DNA from: an uncultured Pseudomonadota bacterium
GTDB lineage: Bacteria; JAMCPX01
Reading direction: 5' to 3'
DNA: 64,000 nt
Assembly: GCA_964547905.1 (NCBI GenBank)
Contig: CAZJPN010000050.1
Coordinates: forward strand, 11,049 to 75,048
Under the pieces are notes generated by a model. That model did no database searches. It saw only the letters and a list, made by a program, of their open reading frames with translations, and was not told the DNA's origin. Below, piece after piece: positions 45,336 to 55,432 of the stretch (position 1 is its first letter; each line of letters opens with the position of its first letter). The position numbers and the translations under genes are program-made.

Positions 45336-45652
45336 TGAAGTGGTTTTATAGATTTCTATTGCTTCTCATAATAGCAATGGCCGTATACGCCGTCGCCTCG
45401 CATGGTGGAGTATACGATCTATGGCAAATTAAGAAGAATATAGCACAGGTGGAGGCAAGGAATACGTTGTTGACGCAGGAGAAAGATAACCTTGCAGAAC
45501 AAATAAACTTATTACAATCGAACAATTTTTATATAGAAAAGATAGCACGTGAGGAGCTTGGTATGGCAAGAAAAGATGATATAGTAGTCTATCTGAGAAA
45601 AGATAACAACCACACTCCTCAGTTCCCTGCAGTAAATCATAACGAAAAATAA
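45335..45652 (+). CDS. ftsB: Cell division protein FtsB/DivIC (septum formation initiator family)
   Basis: N-terminal TM helix plus a coiled coil (…EARNTLLTQEKDNLAEQINLLQSN…IEKIAREELGM…). 105 aa. Confidence 0.7.
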   Translation: MKWFYRFLLLLIIAMAVYAVASHGGVYDLWQIKKNIAQVEARNTLLTQEKDNLAEQINLLQSNNFYIEKIAREELGMARKDDIVVYLRKDNNHTPQFPAVNHNEK

Positions 45653-45670
45653 AAACTATATTTTCATATT

Positions 45671-47767
45671 ATGGCTGACCGAAAGAAGAAACATATTTTT
45701 ATTATATCTCTATTCTCAATTATGCTCGCAGCTACTTCCGCTTGCTATGTATTGGGTATAGGATCAGGCAATGATTACGACAATATTTTTTTTATAGCCT
45801 TTATTGCCCTTTTTTTTATTTTTTCAATTATTTCTTATATAGTAACTAAAATCCCACAGAACATAAAAAATATTATGCTTTCGCTGCTTATCGTCGCTGC
45901 CTTCATAATAATGCTTGATTATATTGAAGTTACGTTTCTGTTTAACGCTTATTCTTCCATCTATTTGATATTCAGTCTTATAACACTGTTGTTCGGTATT
46001 GCCGATGGGGTTATCACTGTTTTATACGGTGCCGCATTGTTCTTAACAAAGTCTTACATTTATTCAATACCTTATGATCGCTATATATATTATTCTCTCG
46101 TTTCCATGGTCTCTGTTATAACCATAGGGTTGTTGGTAGCCTACGAAAGGAAGATATTAGAGAGATTGAAAAATAAAATTTCCACACTTCAGGAGGCACC
46201 CATAGAGTTCAGTTTAAAGCCGGGCGGTAAGAGTGATTATGTTCAATATTCCGAAATCATTTCCGATGATGGACTTAAAAAGGAAAAAAACAGACTTATG
46301 GTTATGCTCAACGAAAGGTTATTCAATATCGTAGAAACGATCCGCTCCGCGATACATCCCTTCACGGTGATACTCTACCTCGTAGACAATGACATGAAAT
46401 TAAGAGGCAGAGAAATACTATCAAACAGTGAATGGATAGATATGGATAAACCGCTTTCAGCGGACGATTCCTATATCGGCTGGATACTGAAGAATAAAAA
46501 AAACATGCTCCTCAATGAGATAAAAGACGAAATCAAAGGCATACCATACTACTCCAGAAATGAAGGTATTAAGTCATTCATGGCTGTACCTGCTTTACGT
46601 GAAAATGATATAATAGGTATTATATGTGTAGACAGCCTTGAAGTTCAGGCATTTACGGATGAACATACAAAAATATTAACCGTAATAGCGAATCAGATCA
46701 TAGATCTGCTTGACAACATAGAATTGCAGTACAGATTACGATACGATATGTATGAGAAAAGCGCTATGTATACCTTTGTAAGAACTCTTTCTCATTATAT
46801 AGATGTGGCAGATATAGCGAAAGCATCTCTCAGTGAGATCATAAGGATCACGAATGCCAATGCGGGTATTTTCGCAACGAAGAATGAACACAAAAATTTT
46901 GATATAGTTTTCACCCATAATATCGATAAAAATATTGTCGGTAAAGATTTATTTATTGACACCGAACCAACACACGACGGTATACTGGAAAGTCAGTTGT
47001 CGGTAACTTCACAGGTTGCAACATCTCAGATAAAACTCCTTTATCCAGCATTGTACAACCTTTATGTACCCGATAAAACTCTAAAATATACAGCCATAAT
47101 ATCCCTGCGTGGAAAGATGGAAGAAGTAGGCTTGATAGTTTTATTCATGGGAAACACCATCAATGAAAGGATAAGTATAATTCTCGACACACTTATAAAT
47201 CAGGTTTCCATATCCCTTTATAACTCTATCCTATTCAATAAACTTGGTAAATTGGCAATAACAGACGGACTCACGGATCTCCATAATCACAGACATTTTC
47301 AGGAGTATTTAGAGGCCGAGATAAAAGAGGCAATCAGGTATGATAAACCCTTGACCCTGCTCATGATAGATATAGATCATTTTAAAATATTAAACGATAC
47401 ATACGGACATCCGCAGGGAGACAGAGTTTTGAAGAAATTATCGGATATCATCATGCAAACCATAAGGGATGTCGATTATGCAGCAAGATATGGGGGTGAA
47501 GAATTCTGCATAGTACTCCCCAATACCGATAAGAAGGGGGCGTACAAGACAGCAGAACGGTTAAGAAAGGCGATCGAGTCTTTAATAATAAAAACAGAGG
47601 CCGGAGACAACATCAGATTTACCATAAGTATAGGTATATCCTCCATACCCGAAGATGCAAAGAATAAAAGTGAGCTTATACTCCACGCAGATAGGTCACT
47701 CTACCTAGCCAAAGAAAATGGTAGGAACAGAACGACAATTTATGATACTATGAAATTAAAGGAGTAA
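45671..47767 (+). CDS. Membrane-anchored GAF-domain diguanylate cyclase (GGDEF)
   Basis: Polytopic N-terminal membrane domain, two GAF-like regions, C-terminal GGDEF with RYGGEEF active-site motif. Confidence 0.85.
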   Translation: MADRKKKHIFIISLFSIMLAATSACYVLGIGSGNDYDNIFFIAFIALFFIFSIISYIVTKIPQNIKNIMLSLLIVAAFIIMLDYIEVTFLFNAYSSIYLIFSLITLLFGIADGVITVLYGAALFLTKSYIYSIPYDRYIYYSLVSMVSVITIGLLVAYERKILERLKNKISTLQEAPIEFSLKPGGKSDYVQYSEIISDDGLKKEKNRLMVMLNERLFNIVETIRSAIHPFTVILYLVDNDMKLRGREILSNSEWIDMDKPLSADDSYIGWILKNKKNMLLNEIKDEIKGIPYYSRNEGIKSFMAVPALRENDIIGIICVDSLEVQAFTDEHTKILTVIANQIIDLLDNIELQYRLRYDMYEKSAMYTFVRTLSHYIDVADIAKASLSEIIRITNANAGIFATKNEHKNFDIVFTHNIDKNIVGKDLFIDTEPTHDGILESQLSVTSQVATSQIKLLYPALYNLYVPDKTLKYTAIISLRGKMEEVGLIVLFMGNTINERISIILDTLINQVSISLYNSILFNKLGKLAITDGLTDLHNHRHFQEYLEAEIKEAIRYDKPLTLLMIDIDHFKILNDTYGHPQGDRVLKKLSDIIMQTIRDVDYAARYGGEEFCIVLPNTDKKGAYKTAERLRKAIESLIIKTEAGDNIRFTISIGISSIPEDAKNKSELILHADRSLYLAKENGRNRTTIYDTMKLKE

Positions 47768-47770
47768 TCA

Positions 47771-48496
47771 ATGATGAAAAAACTTGGCGTTAATATCGAT
47801 CATATAGCAACGATTAGACAGGCAAGAAAGACAAACGAGCCTGATCCTGTAAATTCAATCAGTATCATAGAGCTTGCGGGCGCTGACAGCATTGTTATGC
47901 ATCTCAGAGAGGACAGAAGGCATACACAGGATAGAGATCTTGAACTTGCACGAAAGATTGTCAAAACAAAACTAAATCTGGAAATGGCACCGACACAGGA
48001 GATGATAAAGATAGCACTTGATATAAAACCTGATACCGTCACACTTGTCCCTGAACGCAGAGAGGAACTCACAACCGAAGGAGGACTTGAAGTGGCCCTG
48101 AATATGGAATCGTTTAAGAAATACATAAGATTGTTTCATGATGCGGATATTGTTGTCAGTCTTTTCATAGATCCAGACCTTGACCAGATAAAAGCAGCCC
48201 ACAGGGTAGGCGCTGATGTGGTGGAGATAAGCACAGCAAGGTACAGCGAATCAAAAATAAAGAAAGAGCTCGAAACAAATATACAACAAATAATCAATGC
48301 GGTTATAACAGCAGAGAAATTAAAGCTCGGGATAGCAGCAGGACATGGTCTTACCTACATCAACATAGAACCGATAACCAGAATAGATGCAATAACAGAG
48401 TATAATATAGGTCATTCTATCATAGCGAGAGCTTTATTTATAGGCATTACTCATGCTGTAAAAGAAATGAAAGATAAGATAAATTCGAGATTATAG
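47771..48496 (+). CDS. pdxJ: Pyridoxine 5'-phosphate synthase
   Basis: MMKKLGVNIDHIATIRQAR N-terminus. 241 aa TIM-barrel PdxJ. Confidence 0.9.
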   Translation: MMKKLGVNIDHIATIRQARKTNEPDPVNSISIIELAGADSIVMHLREDRRHTQDRDLELARKIVKTKLNLEMAPTQEMIKIALDIKPDTVTLVPERREELTTEGGLEVALNMESFKKYIRLFHDADIVVSLFIDPDLDQIKAAHRVGADVVEISTARYSESKIKKELETNIQQIINAVITAEKLKLGIAAGHGLTYINIEPITRIDAITEYNIGHSIIARALFIGITHAVKEMKDKINSRL

Positions 48497-48529
48497 ACAC
48501 TAAAACTTACTAAAAGGAGATAATAAGTT

Positions 48530-49357
48530 ATGGCCATAATAACCATATCAAGAGGAACATTCAGCGGCGGAGAAAAACTGGCGGAATGCCTTGCCAAAAA
48601 ATTAGAGTATAAATCAATAAGTAGGGAGATCCTTGTACAAGCCGCTGAAAAATATGGTATTTCAGAGAACAAATTAATAACAGCCATGGAAGCAAAACCT
48701 GCTATGAGAGAACGACTGTCATTAAATATAGACAGGTTCCGCTACCTTTCTTTTATACAGGCCACCCTATGTGAAGCGGCAAAAAATGATAACATTGTTT
48801 ATTACGGGCACGCAGGTCATCTTCTTTTAAAAGACGCATGCCCCATCATAAAGGTCAAGGTTATAGCAAGTATGGAACAGCGAATCCTCTTTGCCATGGA
48901 GCGTAACAAAATTTCCCGGGAAGCGGCGATTCCTTATATCAAAAAAATGGACAAATACAGGAAACAATGGACAAAGTTTCTTTATGATATTGACTGGAAT
49001 GATCCTTCGCTGTACGATATTATCATAAATTTGAAGGACACGAGCATACAAACAGCTTGTTATATGATAGCTGTTATGACAACAGCCCCGGAATTCAAAC
49101 TCACAGAGGTTTCAAAAAAGGCTTTAGCAGATCTCACACTTGAGAGCCAGGTAAAGGCAAGGCTTGCAGCCGATGATACTACGAAAGATTATATGCTGAA
49201 AATTGCGGTAAAAGACGGCAATGTAAGAGTCAGCGGCAGGGTTAAAAATGTCGAGGATGCCAATAGAATAAAAACCATTATCGAAGAAATGCCCGGTGTC
49301 AAGAGTATGGACTGCAGTTGCGTAAACTATTACATAAATGATGATGTAATACTTTAA
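48530..49357 (+). CDS. Cytidylate kinase-like family protein fused to a C-terminal BON domain
   Basis: N-terminal ITISRGTFSGGEKLAECLAKKLEYKSISREIL… (cytidylate-kinase-like family). C-terminal …GNVRVSGRVKNVEDANRIKTIIEEMPGVKSMD… (BON). Confidence 0.55.
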   Translation: MAIITISRGTFSGGEKLAECLAKKLEYKSISREILVQAAEKYGISENKLITAMEAKPAMRERLSLNIDRFRYLSFIQATLCEAAKNDNIVYYGHAGHLLLKDACPIIKVKVIASMEQRILFAMERNKISREAAIPYIKKMDKYRKQWTKFLYDIDWNDPSLYDIIINLKDTSIQTACYMIAVMTTAPEFKLTEVSKKALADLTLESQVKARLAADDTTKDYMLKIAVKDGNVRVSGRVKNVEDANRIKTIIEEMPGVKSMDCSCVNYYINDDVIL

Positions 49358-49386
49358 CTCCGAAAATGCATTTTTCGGGTGAATCG
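49355..49386. repeat. Post-stop palindromic element, near-full copy between the convergent BON-protein and MFS genes
   Basis: TAACTCCGAAAATGCATTTTTCGGGTGAAtcg. The TAA at 49355-57 is the plus-strand gene's stop. Confidence 0.75.
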
Positions 49387-49404
49387 CCCTCTTTTGGGTG
49401 GTTT

Positions 49405-50913
49405 CTATTCTGAAAGAAAATGCTCTTTCGCCATCTTTACCCTGCCCTTCTTGGTAATGGAAAGTATGGCTGAAATGAAATTAAGGATCGTATAGGTGAT
49501 AATTACCACTACAAACCCATGCATAAAACCGTTTTCCCTGAGCTGATGAGGTGCACTGTTGATATTGATATGATGATAGCCCTTTGTGGTTAAATATGCC
49601 GCTGTTATCGAGGTTATGATAAGTCCGGAAATATCTATACCAAACACCCTTCCGCTTGCCCGCATCATGTTGAGAATGCCGCCCGCACTTCCCAGTCTTT
49701 CTTCTGGAACACTTCCCATGACAGCGCTGTTGTTCGGCGGGGTAAATAAGCCCATACCCAATCCCAGTGTTGTAAATTCTATGATTAGTACAGCCACATC
49801 AGGATGTCTGCCGGAAAAGATCATGCAAAAGGATGCGATAGAGCATATAAACATACCAAGAGATGTCATGATGGGCGGACCATACTTGTCGGAAAGTGCG
49901 CCCGCAATAGGTGCAACAATGGACATGGTAATGGGTATAGGGGTTAATAATGTCCCTGCCGTAAACGCGGAGAATTTTGCTATGTTTTCAAGATAGAACG
50001 GCATTATGAAAAGTATACCGAACAAAACATAATAAGAAAAGAATCCTGTAATATTACCAGCTGAAAAATCGTATATTTTATACAATTTAAAATCCATCAT
50101 TGGATAACTTAATTTTAATTCCGCTACGATGAATACACTGAAGAAAATAACAAATAATAGAATATAGGTGACTATGGTATCGGACTCCCAGCCCAATTTA
50201 CGCCCTTCGTTCAATGCCAGCACAAGAAACAATAAGGCAGCCGCAAATGTAATACTTCCTATGTAATCCATCTTTTCTCTAATCTTTGATCTCTTATCCT
50301 TTGGTAAAACATACAAAGCTGCCAGCGTTCCAATAATACCAATCGGTACGTTTACATAAAAAATAGAACGCCATTTTGTACCGAAGAGGTTCAGATTTAT
50401 AAGCAGGCCGCCAAGAAAAGGACCAACCGACATAGCAATAGCCTGCACGGCACCCTGAATACCAATAGCCTTTCCGAGCTCTTTTGGCGGGAAACATTGA
50501 GTTATAATGGCAACAGAATTAGCCTGCAACAAGCCGCCGCCGACAGCCTGAATCACCCTTGAAATGATCATAAATTCTATGTTCGGTGCAACGCCGCATA
50601 ATGCAGAACCTATTGTAAAAATGACAAAACCAAGATTGTACATTCTGCTTCTTCCGAACATGTCTGCAAGCCTTCCGAAAAACGGCAGAAAAATTGTAAG
50701 CGTAAGCATGTATGCCATTGCGACCCATTCATCAAGATGCAGGGATATATGGTAATACTTTTCAAGTGTAGGTAATGCAATATTCTCTATACTTACATCG
50801 AGTGCAGACATGGATGCACCGATTAGAACAGTTGTCAGTATAAACCATCGCCATTGAGGATGCGATGAAAAGAAGGGATGAGGCCATTTAGCTTTCAGAG
50901 TATTTCCTTCCAT
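49405..50913 (-). CDS. MFS transporter, DHA2 (14-TMS drug:H+ antiporter) family
   Basis: 14 predicted TM helices. MFS motif A-like G..ADMFGRSRMYNLG. 502 aa. Confidence 0.82.
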   Translation of the reverse strand: MEGNTLKAKWPHPFFSSHPQWRWFILTTVLIGASMSALDVSIENIALPTLEKYYHISLHLDEWVAMAYMLTLTIFLPFFGRLADMFGRSRMYNLGFVIFTIGSALCGVAPNIEFMIISRVIQAVGGGLLQANSVAIITQCFPPKELGKAIGIQGAVQAIAMSVGPFLGGLLINLNLFGTKWRSIFYVNVPIGIIGTLAALYVLPKDKRSKIREKMDYIGSITFAAALLFLVLALNEGRKLGWESDTIVTYILLFVIFFSVFIVAELKLSYPMMDFKLYKIYDFSAGNITGFFSYYVLFGILFIMPFYLENIAKFSAFTAGTLLTPIPITMSIVAPIAGALSDKYGPPIMTSLGMFICSIASFCMIFSGRHPDVAVLIIEFTTLGLGMGLFTPPNNSAVMGSVPEERLGSAGGILNMMRASGRVFGIDISGLIITSITAAYLTTKGYHHININSAPHQLRENGFMHGFVVVIITYTILNFISAILSITKKGRVKMAKEHFLSE

Positions 50914-50970
50914 AATTTATCCCACTTATCCTTTCATAAAGATTATCGAGAACTACTCTTGGAAAGTTAA

Positions 50971-50986
50971 ATATTGTATACAATAT
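50971..50986. promoter_or_regulatory. Perfect 16-bp palindrome ATATTGTATACAATAT between a putative promoter (TTGACA…TATTTT) and the MFS start
   Basis: ATATTGTA|TACAATAT, ~58 nt upstream of the MFS ATG. A TTGACA -35-like hexamer lies ~25 nt further upstream. Confidence 0.45.
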
Positions 50987-51040
50987 ACAAAATATACCTT
51001 ATAAAAAAAAGTGTCAAGGGAATTTTTTTAAATTGGATTT

Positions 51041-51121
51041 GCTCAATCTTGAATCTTACGTTTGGAGTTCTTAGTTCTTAGTTCTTAGTTTTTAATTTTG
51101 AATCTTTAATCTTGAATTTCT
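51041..51121. repeat. Degenerate 7-bp tandem array (AGTTCTT x3 then AATTTTG/AATCTTT/AATCTTG), copy 3
   Basis: gaatcttacgtttggAGTTCTTAGTTCTTAGTTCTTAGTTTTTAATTTTGAATCTTTAATCTTGAATTTC, directly after the polA stop. Confidence 0.65.
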
Positions 51122-53821
51122 TTAAGCATCCGCCCATGTCTTGCCGAAACTTATGGATACTTTAAGAGGAACGAGCAGCTTCATCGCATCTTCCATCTGC
51201 TCTTTTAAAGCCACTGAAAATGCTTCGACCTGTTCATCCTTGATCTCAAATAATAGCTCGTCATGTATCTGAAGGATCATTCTTGTGTCAAACCCTTTTC
51301 TTTTTATCATGTTGTCAACCCTGAGCATTGCCACCTTTATCAGATCAGCGGCACTGCCCTGCACAGGGGTGTTGATGGCTATACGCTGATAAGCCGGGTT
51401 ATCAAGCGTTTTAGGAATATACCTGCGTCTGCCGAGGATCGTACCGACATACCCTGTCTGCCGTACACCGTTCAGTATATCATCTATATAAGCCCTTACG
51501 CCCTTGTATTCGTTAAAATACGCATCTATGATAACCTGCGACTGGTCGGGTGATATATTGAGCTGTTTTGACAGCCCGTAAGCAGACATGCCGTACATAA
51601 TGCCGAAGTTTACGACCTTAGCTGTGTTCCTCATCTGCGAAGTAATATCCGGTACCGGTACCTGAAATATGCTTGATGCAGTTGTGGTATGGATATCCTG
51701 ATCATGCATAAATGCATCGATCAACACTTCATCCGATGAAAGGTGTGCCATGATCCTGAGTTCGATCTGAGAATAATCAGCACTCAATATAGAATAACCT
51801 TCATCAGCTATAAACGCCTTCCTTATCATCTTACCATACTCATCCTTGATAGGGACATTCTGGAGATTTGGTTCGCTGCTTGAAAGCCTGCCTGTAGCAG
51901 TGCCTGTTTGTATAAAATGGGTATGTATTCTGTGTGTATGCGGATTCACGTATTCAGGTAATACATCTATAAAGCTGTTTTTAAGCTTTGACAGGTTGCG
52001 GTGTTCAAGCAGGTAATTGATAAACGGATGTTTGTCCTTTAGCTCGTTTAACACCTCATTATCCGTAGAATAACCGGTTTTTGTCTTTTTTACAGGAGAC
52101 AGTTTGAGCTCTTCAAACAGGATAGCAGCTATCTGCTTTGGCGAATCCGGATTAAAAGAGCTTGCTGTATATGACCGCATACCGCCCATAAGACTATCAA
52201 GCTGTTTTTTAAATCGCTCTGACAGCTCTTTCAGATATAGATAGTCAACCTTTATCCCTGTATACTCCATCCTTGCAAGGACTGCTGATAGCGGCATCTC
52301 TATCTTGTAGAATAACGGCTCTAAGGCATCATCCTTCAGCCGCTGTGTGTAAAGTTCTGCAAGCCTTTTTAACTGTAAAGCACATTTTATCAGATAAGCA
52401 GCCCTGCCCTGCCATGCTTGCTTATTATTATTGAGCATATGAGGAGGTTCAAGCCGTTCAAACAGTTCAAGCGGTTCAGGCGGTTTAAACGGTTGCAACG
52501 GTTTAAACTGTTCCAACGGTGCGGGCGGTATTTGCTCTCCGAATTCGGATAATGATAAAGACTCTATAGAATAGCTTTTTGCTTCAGGATTGCAAAGGTA
52601 TGCAGCCAGCTCCACGGAAAACAGTTTTGCATTTACATTAATATTATTTTCCATGCACAATTTATAAACAGCCTTTGCATCATGCACAATCACTCCCGTA
52701 TCATAAGAAAGCACTGTCTTTATGACATCTATAGCCATTGGAATGGTGGAACCGTTTAAACGGTTGGAACTGTTTGAACTGTTTAAATAGTACGCTCTGT
52801 CGGCATGGATGACCATTTCATTGTTTACAAAGAATAAAGAGATCTCTTCTGCACGCCGTATTACATCTTCGATATCTTTAATATTTTTTATCTCTGTATA
52901 ATCAGATTCTTCATTTGATACCTCTGGTTTGCCGAGCTTATCTATAAGCTTATGAAACTCAAGTTCGGAGAACAGCTTTATCAGCCTTGCTCTTTGTTCG
53001 TCCGTAGCATTGCTAAAGACAGAGGGTGGCAATCTTAATGACTCAAATTCTATATCAACAGGTACATCGTGTTTCAATTGTACCAGTGGTTTCGTGATGC
53101 TGTATAATTGTTCTTTTGAATTTATAAGGGAAGTCTTTATACGCTGATTTGTAATCTCATCAATATGATCATAAATGCCGTCGATACTATGATATTTCAT
53201 AAGCAGATCCATTGCTGTTTTTTTGCCGATACCCTGCACGCCCTTTATATTATCGATACTGTCGCCTGTAAGAGTAAGAAATTCGGTCATCTGTAAAGGA
53301 CTTACACCAAATCTCTCAACCACATCATCGGCTGTTATCCATTGATCCTTCATCGTATCCAGCATAACAACCTCGTCAGATACGACAGACATAAGGTCTT
53401 TATCACTACCGATAATAACAACACCGAACCCCGCTGCCTTTGCTCTGTCTGTAATAGTCGCTATAACGTCATCAGCTTCGAACCCCTCCTTGAATATATG
53501 CTTTACTCTCAGAGCATCGGTGATTTCGAAGATATAGGGAAACTGGACTGAAAGGTCATCGGGAGGAGCGCCTCTGTTTGCCTTATATTCCGTATCAATC
53601 TGCTCTCGAAATGTGGGCCCTTTCGAATCGAACACAACCAAAAGGTAATTCGGTTTGTATTTCTCTATAGTTTTTATCAGCATGTTTGCATAGCCGTATA
53701 CGGCATTCGTCGGTATACCCTTTTTATTGGTTAATGGCGGGAGTGCATGGTATGCACGAAAAATATAGGTGCTGCCATCAACGATAAACAGCAGCGGACG
53801 TTTTGCAATTGGAATTGTCAT
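51122..53821 (-). CDS. polA: DNA polymerase I (5'-nuclease, vestigial 3'-5' exonuclease region, polymerase domain)
   Basis: N-terminal 5'-3' exonuclease motifs, C-terminal family-A motifs (…RRAAKTINFGIIYG-like RNTAKVVNFGIMYGMSAYGL…, …QIHDELLFE…). The central region carries in-frame 18-nt tandem repeats (protein LEQFKPLQPFKPPEPLELFERLEP and NSSNSSNRLNGS). Confidence 0.92.
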   Translation of the reverse strand: MTIPIAKRPLLFIVDGSTYIFRAYHALPPLTNKKGIPTNAVYGYANMLIKTIEKYKPNYLLVVFDSKGPTFREQIDTEYKANRGAPPDDLSVQFPYIFEITDALRVKHIFKEGFEADDVIATITDRAKAAGFGVVIIGSDKDLMSVVSDEVVMLDTMKDQWITADDVVERFGVSPLQMTEFLTLTGDSIDNIKGVQGIGKKTAMDLLMKYHSIDGIYDHIDEITNQRIKTSLINSKEQLYSITKPLVQLKHDVPVDIEFESLRLPPSVFSNATDEQRARLIKLFSELEFHKLIDKLGKPEVSNEESDYTEIKNIKDIEDVIRRAEEISLFFVNNEMVIHADRAYYLNSSNSSNRLNGSTIPMAIDVIKTVLSYDTGVIVHDAKAVYKLCMENNINVNAKLFSVELAAYLCNPEAKSYSIESLSLSEFGEQIPPAPLEQFKPLQPFKPPEPLELFERLEPPHMLNNNKQAWQGRAAYLIKCALQLKRLAELYTQRLKDDALEPLFYKIEMPLSAVLARMEYTGIKVDYLYLKELSERFKKQLDSLMGGMRSYTASSFNPDSPKQIAAILFEELKLSPVKKTKTGYSTDNEVLNELKDKHPFINYLLEHRNLSKLKNSFIDVLPEYVNPHTHRIHTHFIQTGTATGRLSSSEPNLQNVPIKDEYGKMIRKAFIADEGYSILSADYSQIELRIMAHLSSDEVLIDAFMHDQDIHTTTASSIFQVPVPDITSQMRNTAKVVNFGIMYGMSAYGLSKQLNISPDQSQVIIDAYFNEYKGVRAYIDDILNGVRQTGYVGTILGRRRYIPKTLDNPAYQRIAINTPVQGSAADLIKVAMLRVDNMIKRKGFDTRMILQIHDELLFEIKDEQVEAFSVALKEQMEDAMKLLVPLKVSISFGKTWADA

Positions 53822-55368
53822 ACCAGGCTTGAGATTACGTACGGTATGCGCTCAAGCATATCGGATGCGAGCACAGCACTGTTTTTGTGATAGGCATAAA
53901 CAATATCACCTGCCATACCATGTATGAAAACGCCCGCAATAGCTGCATTCTGCGTACTTATACCTGTAGCGATCAAACCGGCAATAATGCCGGTGAGCAC
54001 ATCACCCATACCACCGGTAGACATGCCTGGATTGCCGGTAGGATTGATCCAGATGTCTCCATTTTTATTTGCTATGATAGTCCTCGCACCTTTCAGGACA
54101 AGGGTACATTTATATCTCTTTGCAAAATCCATAGACAGGTTGATCCTGTCCTGGTTGATCTCTTTCGGATTCATGTTGATGAGCCTGCCGAATTCCCCTG
54201 GATGGGGTGTAAGGACAATATTTTCATTATTGATTTCAAGCAGAATATGAGGATTCTGTGCAATAATATTGATCCCGTCTGCATCTATTACAACGGGTAA
54301 TTTGCACCTATGCAAAAAATCAAAGACAAACTCGGTTGTCTGTTTTTCGGTACCAATGCCAGGCCCTATCGCCACAACATCCCTTGTCTGTAAAAGCCTT
54401 TCTGCCTGTGTAATGGCTGATTTATCTATAGCACCGCCAAGGGTTTCTGTTAACGGCTCTTTTAATGCTTCGATAACCGTTGTTTCGAAGACCGGTATCA
54501 AGCCCTCTGGCCCAGCGATAGTAACAAGTCCACTGCCTGCACGCAATGCGCCCTTTGCAGTGAGTATTGCAGCTCCACTTTTACCTTCAGAACCTGCTAT
54601 AACCAATGTATGTCCATAATCACCCTTGTTTGTAGCATAGTTACGTGTCCTTAATATAGAATTTATATAGTTGTAGTCTAACAGGGTATATGGAATATAT
54701 GTTTGTTTGATAAGCCTGTCGGGTATCGATATATCAACAACCTCCACATCTCCTGCAAATTCAGCGCCGGGATAAACAACCAGCCCTATCTTTGCCAATC
54801 CGAATGTAATGGTCTTTTTTGCCCTTACTGTAATGCCTGCAACAGCACCTGTGTCCGCATCGATACCTGATGGTACATCGACTGCAACAACAGGCAGACC
54901 GGAGTTATTTATAAGATTTATTGCACCTGCATACGGTTCTTTAACATTCCCCTTTATACCTGTACCGAGCAATGCATCTATTATAGTGCCCCTTTCTTTG
55001 AGATTAATATCCGTCTTGTCAAATTCACCGATATCCTTAAGCTCGTGTATAACATCCGTAATCCTGCTCAATGCCGTATAATTTATGGCTGCGTCCTCTG
55101 AAAGCTCTTCTTTTTTGCCAAAGAAAATCACATCGACATGATACCCCTTATTTATAAGATGTCTTGCTGCAACAAATCCATCACCGCCATTGTTACCCTT
55201 TCCGCAGAACACGACAACCCCCTTTTTTGCCTGTGCATCAAACTCTTTTATAATTGTCTGCGCAACGGAACGCCCGGCATTCTCCATGAGTACGATGCTT
55301 TTTACGCCAAAAGATTCAGCGGCCTTTTTATCAAGGGATCTTATTATTTCGGATGTGACAACCTTCAT
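53818..55368 (-). CDS. nnr: Bifunctional NAD(P)H-hydrate epimerase / ADP-dependent (S)-NAD(P)H-hydrate dehydratase
   Basis: YjeF N-terminal domain (…VVFCGKGNNGGDGFVAARHL…) plus a C-terminal carbohydrate-kinase-like domain (…GGMGDVLTG…). Confidence 0.85.
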   Translation of the reverse strand: MKVVTSEIIRSLDKKAAESFGVKSIVLMENAGRSVAQTIIKEFDAQAKKGVVVFCGKGNNGGDGFVAARHLINKGYHVDVIFFGKKEELSEDAAINYTALSRITDVIHELKDIGEFDKTDINLKERGTIIDALLGTGIKGNVKEPYAGAINLINNSGLPVVAVDVPSGIDADTGAVAGITVRAKKTITFGLAKIGLVVYPGAEFAGDVEVVDISIPDRLIKQTYIPYTLLDYNYINSILRTRNYATNKGDYGHTLVIAGSEGKSGAAILTAKGALRAGSGLVTIAGPEGLIPVFETTVIEALKEPLTETLGGAIDKSAITQAERLLQTRDVVAIGPGIGTEKQTTEFVFDFLHRCKLPVVIDADGINIIAQNPHILLEINNENIVLTPHPGEFGRLINMNPKEINQDRINLSMDFAKRYKCTLVLKGARTIIANKNGDIWINPTGNPGMSTGGMGDVLTGIIAGLIATGISTQNAAIAGVFIHGMAGDIVYAYHKNSAVLASDMLERIPYVISSLV

Positions 55369-55432
55369 AAAACCTCCCTCGGTTTTATTTATCTGTTTTT
55401 AGAATAAGGATCAATCTTTATATTTATAGTCA

